From assembly GCF_001194135.2 (NCBI RefSeq), contig NC_068984.1, positions 77,843,770-77,881,101 of the forward strand: 37,332 nt of DNA, given 5' to 3'. Below the pieces are notes generated by a model. It did not search any database. It was not told the DNA's origin and worked only from the letters and a program-made list of their open reading frames with translations. This DNA is from Octopus bimaculoides. Lineage: Eukaryota. The first letter of the stretch is position 1, and the number at the start of each line of letters is the position of its first letter. The position numbers were made by a program, and so were the translations under genes. Positions 11,978 to 23,660 of the stretch are shown here, piece after piece.

Positions 11978-12014
<37 letters not shown>

Positions 12015-12030
12015 TAATAATAATAATAAT
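11942..12030. repeat. (AAT)n microsatellite
   Basis: Direct reading. Confidence 0.95.
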
Positions 12031-12239
12031 ATTCCTTTCTACTNNNNNNNNNNNNNNNNNNNNNNNNNNNNNNNNNNNNNNNNNNNNNNNNNNNNNNNNN
12101 NNNNNNNNNNNNNNNNNNNNNNNNNNNNNNNNNNNNNNNNNNNNNNNNNNNNNNNNNNNNNNNNNNNNNNNNNNCTGTCTGAGACTTGACAGATGACTAA
12201 AGACTCCGGTGCCTTCTTACCTACACTGTGTTACGATGG

Positions 12240-12270
<31 letters not shown>

Positions 12271-12289
12271 ATAATAATAATAATAATAT

Positions 12290-12503
12290 TCCTTTCTACT
12301 AAAGGCACAAGGCATGAAATATGGGGGAAGTGGACTAGTCAATTACATCGACCCCAGTGGTTCACTGGTACTTAATTTATTGCCCCCGAAAGGAAGAAAG
12401 GCAAAGTCGACCTCGGCGAAATTTTAACTCAGAACGTAGCGACAGATTAAATACTGCTAAGTATTTCGCCCGGCGTGCTAACGATTCTGCCAGCTCACCG
12501 CCT
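12290..12503 (-). mobile_element. SINE family A, near full length
   Basis: Reverse complement reads aggcggtgagctggcagaatcgttagcacgccgggcgaaatacttagc...gttctgagttaaaatttcgccgaggtcgactttgcc. Confidence 0.9.
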
Positions 12504-12514
12504 AATAATAATAA

Positions 12515-12580
<66 letters not shown>
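12504..12580. repeat. (AAT)n run between SINE head and Tx1 3' end
   Basis: Direct reading. Confidence 0.95.
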
Positions 12581-12581
<1 letters not shown>

Positions 12582-14036
12582 TCCATTTATTGGTCACCAG
12601 GGCCGACATACAGTAGACGGGGACAGTGAGGATGTTACACAAAACAACGAGTAAACAATTAGGAAAACAATAACAATACACATTAAACAAGAAAATTATA
12701 ACAATGAAAAATCCCCAATAGGTGGAGATAACCACCCAGGGTTGGTTTAGGTACCCCACCAATCCTGAACCATCCGACGCTTCGAGGATATTCGGAAAGG
12801 GTACCCCTCTCCTCAAATTCACCAGCCTACAGGCGAATTTTTAGAATAGATCCACTCACACAGGCCATTTTCGCTACATTCACCCACCTTTCAGCAAATT
12901 TATTGGGGGGGCATCACTTCTCTCTCCACCCACATCTTCCTTTCAAAGTGAAATTTGAAAAAGTTGATGAGGGATTGGCCGAAGAGAAAAGTGCCTGTCT
13001 TCAATCCTTTCAGCCTGGTCCGCCATACAACTTCTCTCACTTCTGCCACCAAACAGAGGAAAATTGCCTGCTCTTCCTGGCCAAAGGAAGGAGATGGGTC
13101 GATCTTCACAATGAACTCGGCCGATAACCGGATCTGTCCTATTCCCGACAATAGCTGTTCGACATAACTCCACACGTCAGTAATGCACGGGTACAAGACG
13201 AGTGCGTGCAGAACGGTCTCGTCGCTCTGCGTGCATCTCGGACAGGTCGTCTGACAGCACTTCCGTGCCTTCTGGTAGCACTACAAAGCGAGGAATTTCT
13301 GGAAGTTTTTCACCGTCCAACACTCGAAAGTGCTCTGGAACAGACTGGTCAGTTCGACTTCATCGACACCCAGTGCCTCTCCGTGTGCGTCATCGCACTT
13401 TCCCACCACTAACCCTCTATAGAACTGGAGAGGGGATGTTCCACTGACCACATTGCCCGCCTGATAGAAGTCAGTGAGTGCCTGGCAACATTTCAGATGC
13501 CAATCACCCTGTCTGATTCTCTTCTTGAGCTATAACTGCAGCTCAGTCAAGGAGACGAGCTGAAGTAAGACCCGTTTTGACAAACGGTGACCACACCTGC
13601 TCACCGTTTAGGCAAAATATCTGAAGATGCCGCAGCCTCAGCGCATGTCTTCTTAATTAGCCACGGCATGCCCAGCCCTCCATGTAGAGGGTACTGGCAG
13701 CAGATGGCCCGCCTCACCAACGGAACCTGTCCCTCCACAAGAATTTGAAGAGGAGGCGTTCGAACTTGGCGAGGCGCGAACAGGTGCAAGGCACGACGGT
13801 CAGGCGGTAGTAGATGACGGACGCAATGTACGCATTCGCCACCTCCGCTCGACCTTTCATTGACAGCTTCCTCACAGCCCATTTTTGTGTTAGACTGGTT
13901 ACTCTGCTCGTCATCTCGTCCCATTTCTTATCCACCTGGTGGTTTGGTTTGAACCAAACCCCAAGCAAGTTTACCGGTCCGTCCGTCCAGCTCCTCACGA
14001 CGCTGGTGGACGGCATAGACTTTCCTCTTCAGGTGC
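12581..14036 (-). mobile_element. 5'-truncated Tx1-like (L1 clade) LINE: ORF2 C-terminus and 3' UTR
   Basis: ORF 13714-14016 (LLGVWF...WAVRKLSMKGRAEVANAYIASVIYYRLTVVPC...FLW) is post-RT L1/Tx1-like. Degenerate CCHC knuckle CPRCTQSDETVLHAL..YPCITDVW near 13190-13260, then ORF 12900-13196. AATAAA then (ATT)n at the 3' end on the minus strand. Confidence 0.85.
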
Positions 14037-14047
14037 CGTCTTAATGG

Positions 14048-14187
14048 TCTGAGCTCAAATTCCGCTGAGGTTGAATTTGCCCTTTCAGGGTCGATAATAC
14101 AAGTGCCAGTTGAGTACTGTCGCCGATGTTATCGACTTCCCGTTCTCCTCGAAAACTGCTGACCCTTTGCCAAAATTTGAAACCATT
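14048..14187 (+). mobile_element. SINE family A 3' half
   Basis: ctgagctcaaattccgctgaggttgaatttgccctttcagggtcgataatacaagtgccag...gccaaaatttgaaaccatt. Confidence 0.8.
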
Positions 14188-14765
14188 ACTCTTGTTATTG
14201 TTCTGGTTCCATAATAATAAAATAAATATGATTACAATAGTAAATGTTTCTTTTTAAATTGCTACGGCAAGGACTCAACCAGGATGTCAATTTATTTGTC
14301 TCGACACACAATGAAATCAAATAAATCAATTGCCAAACAAGTAAAAAATATAGAAATGCATTTTAAGAAATTTTGTTTATTTTTTTATTCTCATTTTTAT
14401 ATATTTATTATTTATTTATATATTTTGGCAAAAAACTATTTTGATTTCATTACGTTGATATTAACTAGTTGTCGCTTGATAAATTATTCTGACAGCTGCC
14501 ATAGCTTCATACATCAAATTTTTGGAAAATTCAATCATTACATATTCACTTATCTTTACAAAAATCGATTAGAATGTAGGGAAAATAACACAGTAGAGGG
14601 GCATTGTTTGGTAATGGGGATCTTTTAGGCAACGTGTTTCTATTTGTTTAAAAACAAATTCAAAATAAACACTTCGATTACAGTGTGTTGGTATATTGTG
14701 TAGCCTTTTCCATTCTTAGCACTTAGCATCCATTATCTCCGCATTAAATAAAATGATGTCGAATT

Positions 14766-14766
14766 C

Positions 14767-14797
<31 letters not shown>

Positions 14798-15055
14798 TGT
14801 ATGTACGTATGTATGTATAAGTGTCTTTCTATGATCATATGTAAACATGTATGTGTGTGTGGATACAGACATGGATGTGAAAGTATATAGACATGCACAC
14901 TCACACACATGTACTCTCACACACATGTACTCTCACACACATACACACGTACTCACACACGTACATGTGTGTGTATGTATATATGTATGTGTGTATGTAT
15001 GTATATATGTATGTGTGTGTGTATGTATGTGTGTATGTATGTATATATATGTATA
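14766..15055. repeat. (GTAT)n/(CA)n/(GT)n compound microsatellite
   Basis: Direct reading. Confidence 0.9.
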
Positions 15056-15061
15056 CTTAGA

Positions 15062-15359
15062 CACTTGGATAAGTTTCGGTTAGAAATGGCCCAGGCCTTG
15101 GCTAACTGTTTTGATGAGGAGGTTTTTCCCTCTTTCTCAAAGGCTGTCATTTGACCTCTTTGAAAGTCCGATAGATGTCATTTTAATTACATTTTTCTGA
15201 TGATATCTGAAAAGAAACAGCAATTTTAGCAAAACATAACAAGCAACACTAATAATAATAAAAAAACATAAAAATAAACAAGCTTTTCACGGTTTTGTAG
15301 ATATTTCAAAATTATGATGCTATGATGTTAGGTGTTTCCATTATTTTGTCCAACTCCTG
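15062..15359 (-). mobile_element. 5' end of a Tc1-like DNA transposon (TIR + internally deleted transposase start)
   Basis: Minus strand begins TA|caggagttggacaaaataatggaaacacc (Tc1-type TIR). Later encodes HLSDFQRGQ fused to MTAFEKEGKTSSSKQ, two segments that are normally separated in Tc1 transposase N-termini. Confidence 0.7.
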
Positions 15360-15440
15360 TATATATACAGGGAGTAAGAGTGAAACGGGAAGATGTAGCA
15401 CCAAGTACAGGAACCGAACGCCGTATGTATATACGGCGTT

Positions 15441-15543
15441 CGGGGTTGATAAATTAAGTACCTGTGAAACACTGGGGTCGATATAATCAACTAGACCCCA
15501 CCCCACAAATTTGAGGTCTTGTGCTTCCAGTAGAAAGGATTAT
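15441..15543 (+). mobile_element. SINE family A 3' half (gtagaaagga tail variant)
   Basis: ggggttgataaattaagtacctgtgaaacactggggtcgatataatc...gtagaaaggattat. Confidence 0.7.
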
Positions 15544-15548
15544 ATATA

Positions 15549-15890
15549 TCAAATGTGATTGATGACGTCAGTGATGTTATTAAAGTAAATAACGAAAAGG
15601 AAGGGACCCATTATAGTGCCTTGTGAGACTCCACTGATGAATCTTTCCGAGCTTGAGCGAACACCATCTATCACCAAATGCTGGGTTCTATTCACCAGAA
15701 AATATTTAATCCCACTTTAATTGTTTCCTTCGGACGCTAATGTTTGACAGTTTCTTTAATAGGATGCTGTAGCCAACGGTGTCGATGGCCTTGCTGAAGT
15801 CAAAATTTATGTCATCTGCATTGGCACCCTCTCCCAGAGCCTTTAGGACTCATCGAAGTGATGCGACAGCTGCGTTGGGTTGCCTCTGAC
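15549..15890 (-). mobile_element. CR1/L2-clade LINE reverse-transcriptase fragment
   Basis: Minus strand encodes ANADDINFDFSKAIDTVGYSILLKKLSNI and, frameshifted, SSGVSQGTIMGPFLFVIYFNNITDVI (decayed RT motifs). Confidence 0.8.
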
Positions 15891-15910
15891 TGTTTAACAC
15901 AGTTCCTCTC

Positions 15911-16071
15911 GGTGTGTAGCTGTGTGGTAAGAAGCTTGCTTCCCAACCACGTGGTTTCCAATTCGGTCCCACTGCGTGGTACGTTGAGCAAGTGTTTTCT
16001 ATTATAGTCTCGGGCCAACCAAACCCTTGTAAGATAGACGGAAATTGAAAGAAGCACGTCGTATATATATT

Positions 16072-16109
<38 letters not shown>

Positions 16110-16157
16110 CGTGTNNNNNNNNNNCGGAAATTGAAAGAAGCACGTCGTATATATATT

Positions 16158-16195
<38 letters not shown>

Positions 16196-16420
16196 CGTGT
16201 GCGTGTGTGTGTGTGTGTCTTTGCGTCTATGTTTGTTCCCCACCACCACTTGACAACCGGTGTTGGTGTATTTACATCCCCGTAACTTAGCAGTTCGGTT
16301 AAAAAACGATAGAACAACTATTAGGCTTTTAAATCGATCTTGAGATCGATTGTTTTACTAAAACCCTTCAAAGCGGAGCCCCACTATGGCTGCAGTCAAA
16401 TGACTGAAACAAGTAAAAGA
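15911..16420 (+). mobile_element. SINE family B (contains a 10-N gap with duplicated flanks)
   Basis: tagctgtgtggtaagaagcttgcttcccaaccac...gcagtcaaatgactgaaacaagtaaaaga. Confidence 0.85.
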
Positions 16421-16527
16421 TACATACAGACATACACACATATATACATATTCTATAAAGAAATATATATATTTATATGTGTGTGTGCGTGCGCGCGTGT
16501 GTGATTTGATATATATCACATATTGAC

Positions 16528-16661
16528 CTCTTATTTCTTTATTGCCCATAAGGGGCTAAACGTAGAAGGGACAAACAAGGACAGACAAAGGGATTAAGTC
16601 GATTGCATCGACCTCAGTGCGTAACTGGTACTTAATTTATCGCCCCCGAAAGGATGAAAGG
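16528..16661 (-). mobile_element. SINE family A variant, 3' part running into a gap
   Basis: aagtcgattgcatcgacctcagtgcgtaactggtacttaatttatcgcccccgaaaggatgaaagg, with a different tail (cccataaggggctaaac). Confidence 0.75.
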
Positions 16662-17308
16662 NNNNNNNNNNNNNNNNNNNNNNNNNNNNNNNNNNNNNNN
16701 NNNNNNNNNNNNNNNNNNNNNNNNNNNNNNNNNNNNNNNNNNNNNNNNNNNNNNNNNNNNNNNNNNNNNNNNNNNNNNNNNNNNNNNNNNNNNNNNNNNN
16801 NNNNNNNNNNNNNNNNNNNNNNNNNNNNNNNNNNNNNNNNNNNNNNNNNNNNNNNNNNNNNNNNNNNNNNNNNNNNNNNNNNNNNNNNNNNNNNNNNNNN
16901 NNNNNNNNNNNNNNNNNNNNNNNNNNNNNNNNNNNNNNNNNNNNNNNNNNNNNNNNNNNNNNNNNNNNNNNNNNNNNNNNNNNNNNNNNNNNNNNNNNNN
17001 NNNNNNNNNNNNNNNNNNNNNNNNNNNNNNNNNNNNNNNNNNNNNNNNNNNNNNNNNNNNNNNNNNNNNNNNNNNNNNNNNNNNNNNNNNNNNNNNNNNN
17101 NNNNNNNNNNNNNNNNNNNNNNNNNNNNNNNNNNNNNNNNNNNNNNNNNNNNNNNNNNNNNNNNNNNNNNNNNNNNNNNNNNNNNNNNNNNNNNNNNNNN
17201 NNNNNNNNNNNNNNNNNNNNNNNNNNNNNNNNNNNNNNNNNNNNNNNNNNNNNNNNNNNNNNNNNNNTATATATATATATATATATATATATACTTATAT
17301 ATATGTAT

Positions 17309-17383
<75 letters not shown>

Positions 17384-17409
17384 GATATATACATATATAT
17401 ATGCACGCA

Positions 17410-17676
17410 TACCATCCGTGCAACATCTATATTCTTCCCTGTGCCTGATAAATGTTATGTTCCTGCCGTGAGGCTTTACTTCCACACACGCCAGCTTAAT
17501 TTAATTCGCCCTTAGTCGAAAGACGCCTGTTATTATGTCCTGTTAATTGCATTTGTATTTGTGTAACATTTCTCTGTTTTTATTGTCCTTGTTTTCGTAT
17601 ACATTCGCTGCTTTCTTCGAAGGAATCTAATGCTCTCAGCATATTTTTACCTTGGGGCTGGCCAAATTGGAGCATT
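17410..17676 (+). repeat. Unclassified interspersed repeat, inverted relative to 20266-20529
   Basis: Reverse-complement homology, also visible in the ORF track (MEVKPHGRNITFIRHREEYRCCTDG vs MEVKPYGSDIRFDRHREEYRYCTDG). Confidence 0.8.
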
Positions 17677-19056
17677 TCTATCTCCTTATGTGTATTTCTA
17701 TCTCCTTACGCCAACACCATTTAGCAAAAAGTCTACAAACCTTTATTATGTGTTAACTTAAAGATGAAAAAAATGAATATATAAACTAAAAGAAAACTCT
17801 CTGTTGGTATTATGAATACCCTTTGTTCTTTTCGAAAAATGAAAGAAAGTCCTAAGGAAAAAAAATTACATTTCTAGTCTTATGGACAGAAACACATTCT
17901 CAAATAAGTATAACACATACAAACACGTACAGGCATTCTCAAGTACACACAGACACAGATTTACTACCAAAATTATTGTTATAAATTTAATCAGTTTTAA
18001 TGCCGCTGAATTGAAAACTAGTATTCAAAAATATGGGATATTTTAGTTCCATATTTTAGTAGCGAAGGCAGAAAAAATCATTGCAAAACGACGCAAAGCA
18101 TGAGCTAATGTATATAATGAAAAGTATTAAAAAAACTAGATTATCTAAGTGGAATATTAAAAGCCCTCATATATTTGAAGAACAAGGATTCAGTAGTGTA
18201 GAATATCTTACTTTCATGGAAATAAATGCATCGTTTAAGCAATCTTTNNNNNNNNNNNNNNNNNNNNNNNNNNNNNNNNNNNNNNNNNNNNNNNNNNNNN
18301 NNNNNNNNNNNNNNNNNNNNNNNNNNNNNNNNNNNNNNNNNNNNNNNACACACACACACACCCACACACATACAAACACATACATACAGAAGCGGAAAAA
18401 TAGAAACCATAATTGAAAGAGACAAATGGTGTCTGTGTCCACGAAAATTGTATTTAGTGGTAAAATATAAATTTCAATAATGTTGTTTCTTGATGGGAGA
18501 AGTGTTACTGACGTTTCTGAAAGGGTCCTTCTTCAAAAAGCGAGAAAGTTTGCCTTTGTCTTAGGCCCCCATGATCTCAGACACAGTGCAGAGTGACAAT
18601 AAAATGGAGTGAACCAGTTGTTATGCATACTTGGAAGGGAAATAATAGGAATGAGAAAATTATAGATATACGGAGAGGGAGAGTATGTGGAAGGGAGTGA
18701 AATAGAGAAATTAAAAACGATGAGAAAGAGGAAGATTTTAAAAGAAACGGAAGTCCAAAATAGCAATGAAGAAGCGTATCAGTAGCATTATTCTTAGATA
18801 ACACTGTGTGCATATAGCCTCAAACAGGAGTTCTGACCTGAATACTTGCGTCAGAGTAGATTCTACAAAAGCCACCCAAGGTCCCAAGTAGTGGAGTTAA
18901 ACTGAGTGGTGCATTAAGTAAGCCATGATAGGATTTGGAATCAGAAATCAAGCAACGAATACCACAAGGCATCCGATCCATCGTATTGCAGATCTTCCCT
19001 TCCACAATCTTGATTGGTACTTTAATTTGTTTTATTATCGTTTACTTGCTACAATT

Positions 19057-19260
19057 TTTGGATTGCAGCAATGGCAGAACACCGCCTTGTAGGGTTTAGT
19101 CGAATAAATCCACTGCAGTAGTTAGTTTTAAGTCTGCTATTTATTCTATCATCACTTTTGACAAACCGCTATGTTACATGGACGTAAACAAACCAATACC
19201 GGTTATCAAGCGGTGGTGGATAAAAATAAAGTGACACATATGTACACACACACACACACA
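19057..19260 (-). mobile_element. SINE family B 3' half
   Basis: Reverse complement ttgataaccggtattggtttgtttacgtccatgtaacatagcggtttg...tcgactaaaccctacaaggcggtgttctgcc matches the family-B tail. Confidence 0.7.
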
Positions 19261-20061
19261 NNNNNNNNNNNNNNNNNNNNNNNNNNNNNNNNNNNNNNNN
19301 NNNNNNNNNNNNNNNNNNNNNNNNNNNNNNNNNNNNNNNNNNNNNNNNNNNNNNNNNNNNNNNNNNNNNNNNNNNNNNNNNNNNNNNNNNNNNNNNNNNN
19401 NNNNNNNNNNNNNNNNNNNNNNNNNNNNNNNNNNNNNNNNNNNNNNNNNNNNNNNNNNNNNNNNNNNNNNNNNNNNNNNNNNNNNNNNNNNNNNNNNNNN
19501 NNNNNNNNNNNNNNNNNNNNNNNNNNNNNNNNNNNNNNNNNNNNNNNNNNNNNNNNNNNNNNNNNNNNNNNNNNNNNNNNNNNNNNNNNNNNNNNNNNNN
19601 NNNNNNNNNNNNNNNNNNNNNNNNNNNNNNNNNNNNNNNNNNNNNNNNNNNNNNNNNNNNNNNNNNNNNNNNNNNNNNNNNNNNNNNNNNNNNNNNNNNN
19701 NNNNNNNNNNNNNNNNNNNNNNNNNNNNNNNNNNNNNNNNNNNNNNNNNNNNNNNNNNNNNNNNNNNNNNNNNNNNNNNNNNNNNNNNNNNNNNNNNNNN
19801 NNNNNNNNNNNNNNNNNNNNNNNNNNNNNNNNNNNNNNNNNNNNNNNNNNNNNNNNNNNNNNNNNNNNNNNNNNNNNNNNNNNNNNNNNNNNNNNNNNNN
19901 NNNNNNNNNNNNNNNNNNNNNNNNNNNNNNNNNNNNNNNNNNNNNNNNNNNNNNNNNNNNNNNNNNNNNNNNNNNNNNNNNNNNNNNNNNNNNNNNNNNN
20001 NNNNNNNNNNNNNNNNNNNNNNNNNNNNNNNNNNNNNNNGAGAGAGAGAGACCAAAGTGTA

Positions 20062-20529
20062 CGTACGCCGCTATATTTTTATATATAAAAAATACAAAAA
20101 TTGGACAAGAGCGCAAAATATCCAGATAGTTAGATGATACAAAAAAGGGACAACAAAACATCCAGACACACGAAACAAGGAAAACAAGTACGGGTCATTC
20201 GGAGTTTTCTTTCCTCAGTCGAATTCCAGATTATCTTTGCAATTTCGGCTGGTTATACTCGATATTGCTCCTATTTGGCCAGCCCCAAGGAAAAACTAAG
20301 CTAAGAGCACTAGATTCCTTGGAAGAAAGCAGCGAAAGTATACGAAAAGAAAGACGGAAAAAAACGGGAAAATGTTACACAAATACAAATGCAAATAATA
20401 GGACATAACAACAGGTGTCTTTCGACTAAGGACGAATTAAATCAAGCTGGCATGTGGAAGTAAAGCCTTACGGCAGCGACATAAGGTTTGACAGGCATAG
20501 GGAGGAATATAGATATTGCACGGATGGTA
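20062..20529 (-). repeat. Unclassified interspersed repeat (longer copy of the 17410 family); 5' part repeated at 21190-21379
   Basis: Direct homology to 17410-17676 (inverted) and to 21168-21379 (direct, about 3 differences). Confidence 0.8.
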
Positions 20530-21131
20530 GTCGAAGCAAGAAAGAAAGGTTAGGCTTGGCCAAACATCTGTCACGTAGAGAGAGAAGAGAGAGAGGTAGA
20601 GGCAGAAGGATAGAAGAATTAACAAGGGCGAGAAAAAATGAAAGGGACAGTCAGAAGTGAAAGAGGAGGGAAAGTGAGCATGAAGAGAAAACCAGGAAAT
20701 GTGAGAGAGGGGGAACGAAAGAACGANNNNNNNNNNGGTATACATATAATTTCATCTTCTGGGAACCATATTATAAATGCAAGACTTTTGTATTTTCATA
20801 AGAAGGTTTTATTCCATGTTCTTGTATGATACTTTGTGAATTAATCAACAAGTAGAAAAATCTAAGGGGAGGTAAGTGGTGATAGCTATTATTCGGGACA
20901 GAGGAGGTAATTGCTCATTTTGAGGTGAGATAAATAGCATGCAAAAACTCATAAGCTAAAGTAGTGAGATGAAATCTGTACTGTGATGGATATGTGATCA
21001 TGAATATAATATGTACTGAGACCAAAGTTGATTATGCGTTCATATTTAGGCGTGTTTCGTATTTTACGATGAATAAATTTTCTTTGTTTAAACGTTCTTG
21101 TACAGAAATTGTTTCTTTGCACTGGCAGAAA

Positions 21132-21168
<37 letters not shown>

Positions 21169-22128
21169 GAGAGAGAGACCAAAGTGTACGTACGCCGCTA
21201 TATTTTCATATATAAAAAATACAAAAATGGGACAAGAACGCAAAATATCCAGATAGTTAGATGATACAAAAAAGGGACAACAAAACATCCAGACACACGA
21301 AACAAGGAAAACAAGTACGGGTCATTCGGAGTTTTCTTTCCTCAGTCGAATTCCAGATTATCTTTGCAATTTCGGCTGGNNNNNNNNNNNNNNNNNNNNN
21401 NNNNNNNNNNNNNNNNNNNNNNNNNNNNNNNNNNNNNNNNNNNNNNNNNNNNNNNNNNNNNNNNNNNNNNNNNNNNNNNNNNNNNNNNNNNNNNNNNNNN
21501 NNNNNNNNNNNNNNNNNNNNNNNNNNNNNNNNNNNNNNNNNNNNNNNNNNNNNNNNNNNNNNNNNNNNNNNNNNNNNNNNNNNNNNNNNNNNNNNNNNNN
21601 NNNNNNNNNNNNNNNNNNNNNNNNNNNNNNNNNNNNNNNNNNNNNNNNNNNNNNNNNNNNNNNNNNNNNNNNNNNNNNNNNNNNNNNNNNNNNNNNNNNN
21701 NNNNNNNNNNNNNNNNNNNNNNNNNNNNNNNNNNNNNNNNNNNNNNNNNNNNNNNNNNNNNNNNNNNNNNNNNNNNNNNNNNNNNNNNNNNNNNNNNNNN
21801 NNNNNNNNNNNNNNNNNNNNNNNNNNNNNNNNNNNNNNNNNNNNNNNNNNNNNNNNNNNNNNNNNNNNNNNNNNNNNNNNNNNNNNNNNNNNNNNNNNNN
21901 NAGTGGAATGAACGAAGTGTGAAAGGGTTGATAGAAAGAAGGAAAGAATGAAAGAATAGAAAGAATCATAGAGTCGTACAAAATTTAGATATATATATAT
22001 ACTTACATATAAGAGACCAAAGTGTACTTACATATGAGACCAAAGTGTACGTCTGGATGTTTTGCGTTCTTGCCCCATTTTTGTATTGATATATATATAT
22101 ATATATATATATTTATTTATTTATTTAT

Positions 22129-22176
<48 letters not shown>

Positions 22177-22425
22177 CTAACCAATACTATACATACATAT
22201 CGTACAAACATACATACGTATACATATATATTATTATATATTCATTGTATACATATATTCATGCATATATATTCGTATTTAAGTGAGACTCGGGTGGAAA
22301 CATTGTAGAATGCTGTGCAAAGCTCGTCCACAGTTATCGGCTACCTGATGTCATCATACATTAGAGATGCACATGCTACTGGATATACTTCACGAATTCC
22401 ATAGTGTCCGTAGAGTTTATATTAA

Positions 22426-22873
22426 TAGATCAAAGACACAAAATGGAATTAATGAAATTCTTTATTCTTTATTCAGTTGTTTCGATGCATTCTCGCACCT
22501 GTAGATCATAAGTAATGTTGTGCAGTCAAGTATCGTACATCACAAGTAGGATGCGCTTCTTCAGGTGACTGTTTAAAAAGTTCCTCACTATATCCTCTCG
22601 CCATTTCACTCAGTTTGATAATGAATGTCTGAGAACTGCTGGAATTGCCACATCAATTTAAGTACACGTTAATAAAATGAGTGAAATGGTGAGAGGATAT
22701 TGCGAAGAACTTGTTTAAACAGTTACCTGAAGAAGTGCAATATACTCCTGTGGTGTAATATAGTTGATTAAACAGCATTTTATTTATGAACTCCGAGTGC
22801 GAAAATGCGCCGAAACAATTGTAGTCGTTTTGAATAAAGAATCGCACTAATTCCAATTTCTGTCTTTGATCTA
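22426..22873. repeat. Diverged long inverted repeat (arms about 22426-22612 and 22678-22873) carrying hammerhead-like cores
   Basis: cttcttcaggtgactgtttaaa..aagttc...atatcctctcgccatttcactca mirrors tgagtgaaatggtgagaggatat...gaacttgtttaaacagttacctgaagaag. Outer ends tagatcaaagaca / tgtctttgatcta. Confidence 0.9.
22718..22832 (+). ncRNA. Degenerate type I minimal hammerhead ribozyme motif
   Basis: CTGAAGA (22727-33), 78-nt helix II region with imperfect closing, GAAA-C-AATT-G-TA (22812-23; palindromic loop III, GUA triplet). Helix I and the helix II closing pair are imperfect. Confidence 0.45.
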
Positions 22874-22884
22874 AACATATATAT

Positions 22885-22885
<1 letters not shown>

Positions 22886-22939
<54 letters not shown>

Positions 22940-23265
22940 CCTGCGTACGTTCGTGTGTGTTCTAGTTATAATTTATTGTACTTATAAATTTGCATCTTTC
23001 GATGCCTGATTGAATTACCTTGAATAATCATTATTGTAACTGAAGTGCTGAGGACTAATTATAATTGATATTTAATTTAATAGCTACAGACATAAACTGT
23101 GTTGTTCCCTGATGTGTTTCAGTGTATGCCAACTCATACATACACGTACATGCACACACATTTATGTGTGCATGTGTTTTGTATATATACACAGTCACAC
23201 ACACATATGTATATATATATATATTTATATGATATAGGTATATATATGTGTGGTGATGTACATTT

Positions 23266-23332
<67 letters not shown>

Positions 23333-23485
23333 CTACTTAGACGTATATAGATAGGCATAGATACAGATATAGATCTACATATATCGATGCATACATATGT
23401 ACATTCATTCATACATATATGCATACAAGCATATATATACATATATGCTTGAATATCTATATACGTACTTACATATGTATGTATG

Positions 23486-23521
<36 letters not shown>

Positions 23522-23597
23522 CATAAATTCATATCATACACACACAAAGAATGCCACATTGTGGCCGCATTGGTTTAGGATACCACATTTTAGTGTG

Positions 23598-23635
<38 letters not shown>

Positions 23636-23660
23636 CGTATGTGTTGTGAGTGCACGAGTA
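22886..23660. repeat. (GT)n (22886-22937) and compound (AT)/(GT) microsatellite field
   Basis: Direct reading. Confidence 0.85.

Noticed and set aside
16039-16200. Apparent tandem duplication around a 10-N gap (also 25782-25867 and 11990-12300)
   Set aside because: Identical sequence on both sides of a minimal gap is typical of unmerged contig overlap.
18530-19010. Possible highly decayed LINE on the minus strand
   Set aside because: No diagnostic motif could be read with confidence.
20190-20222. Minus-strand CTGAGGA-AAGAAAACTCC-GAAT (also at 21318-21350)
   Set aside because: No helix II closing pair and GAAT instead of GAAA; not a supportable hammerhead.
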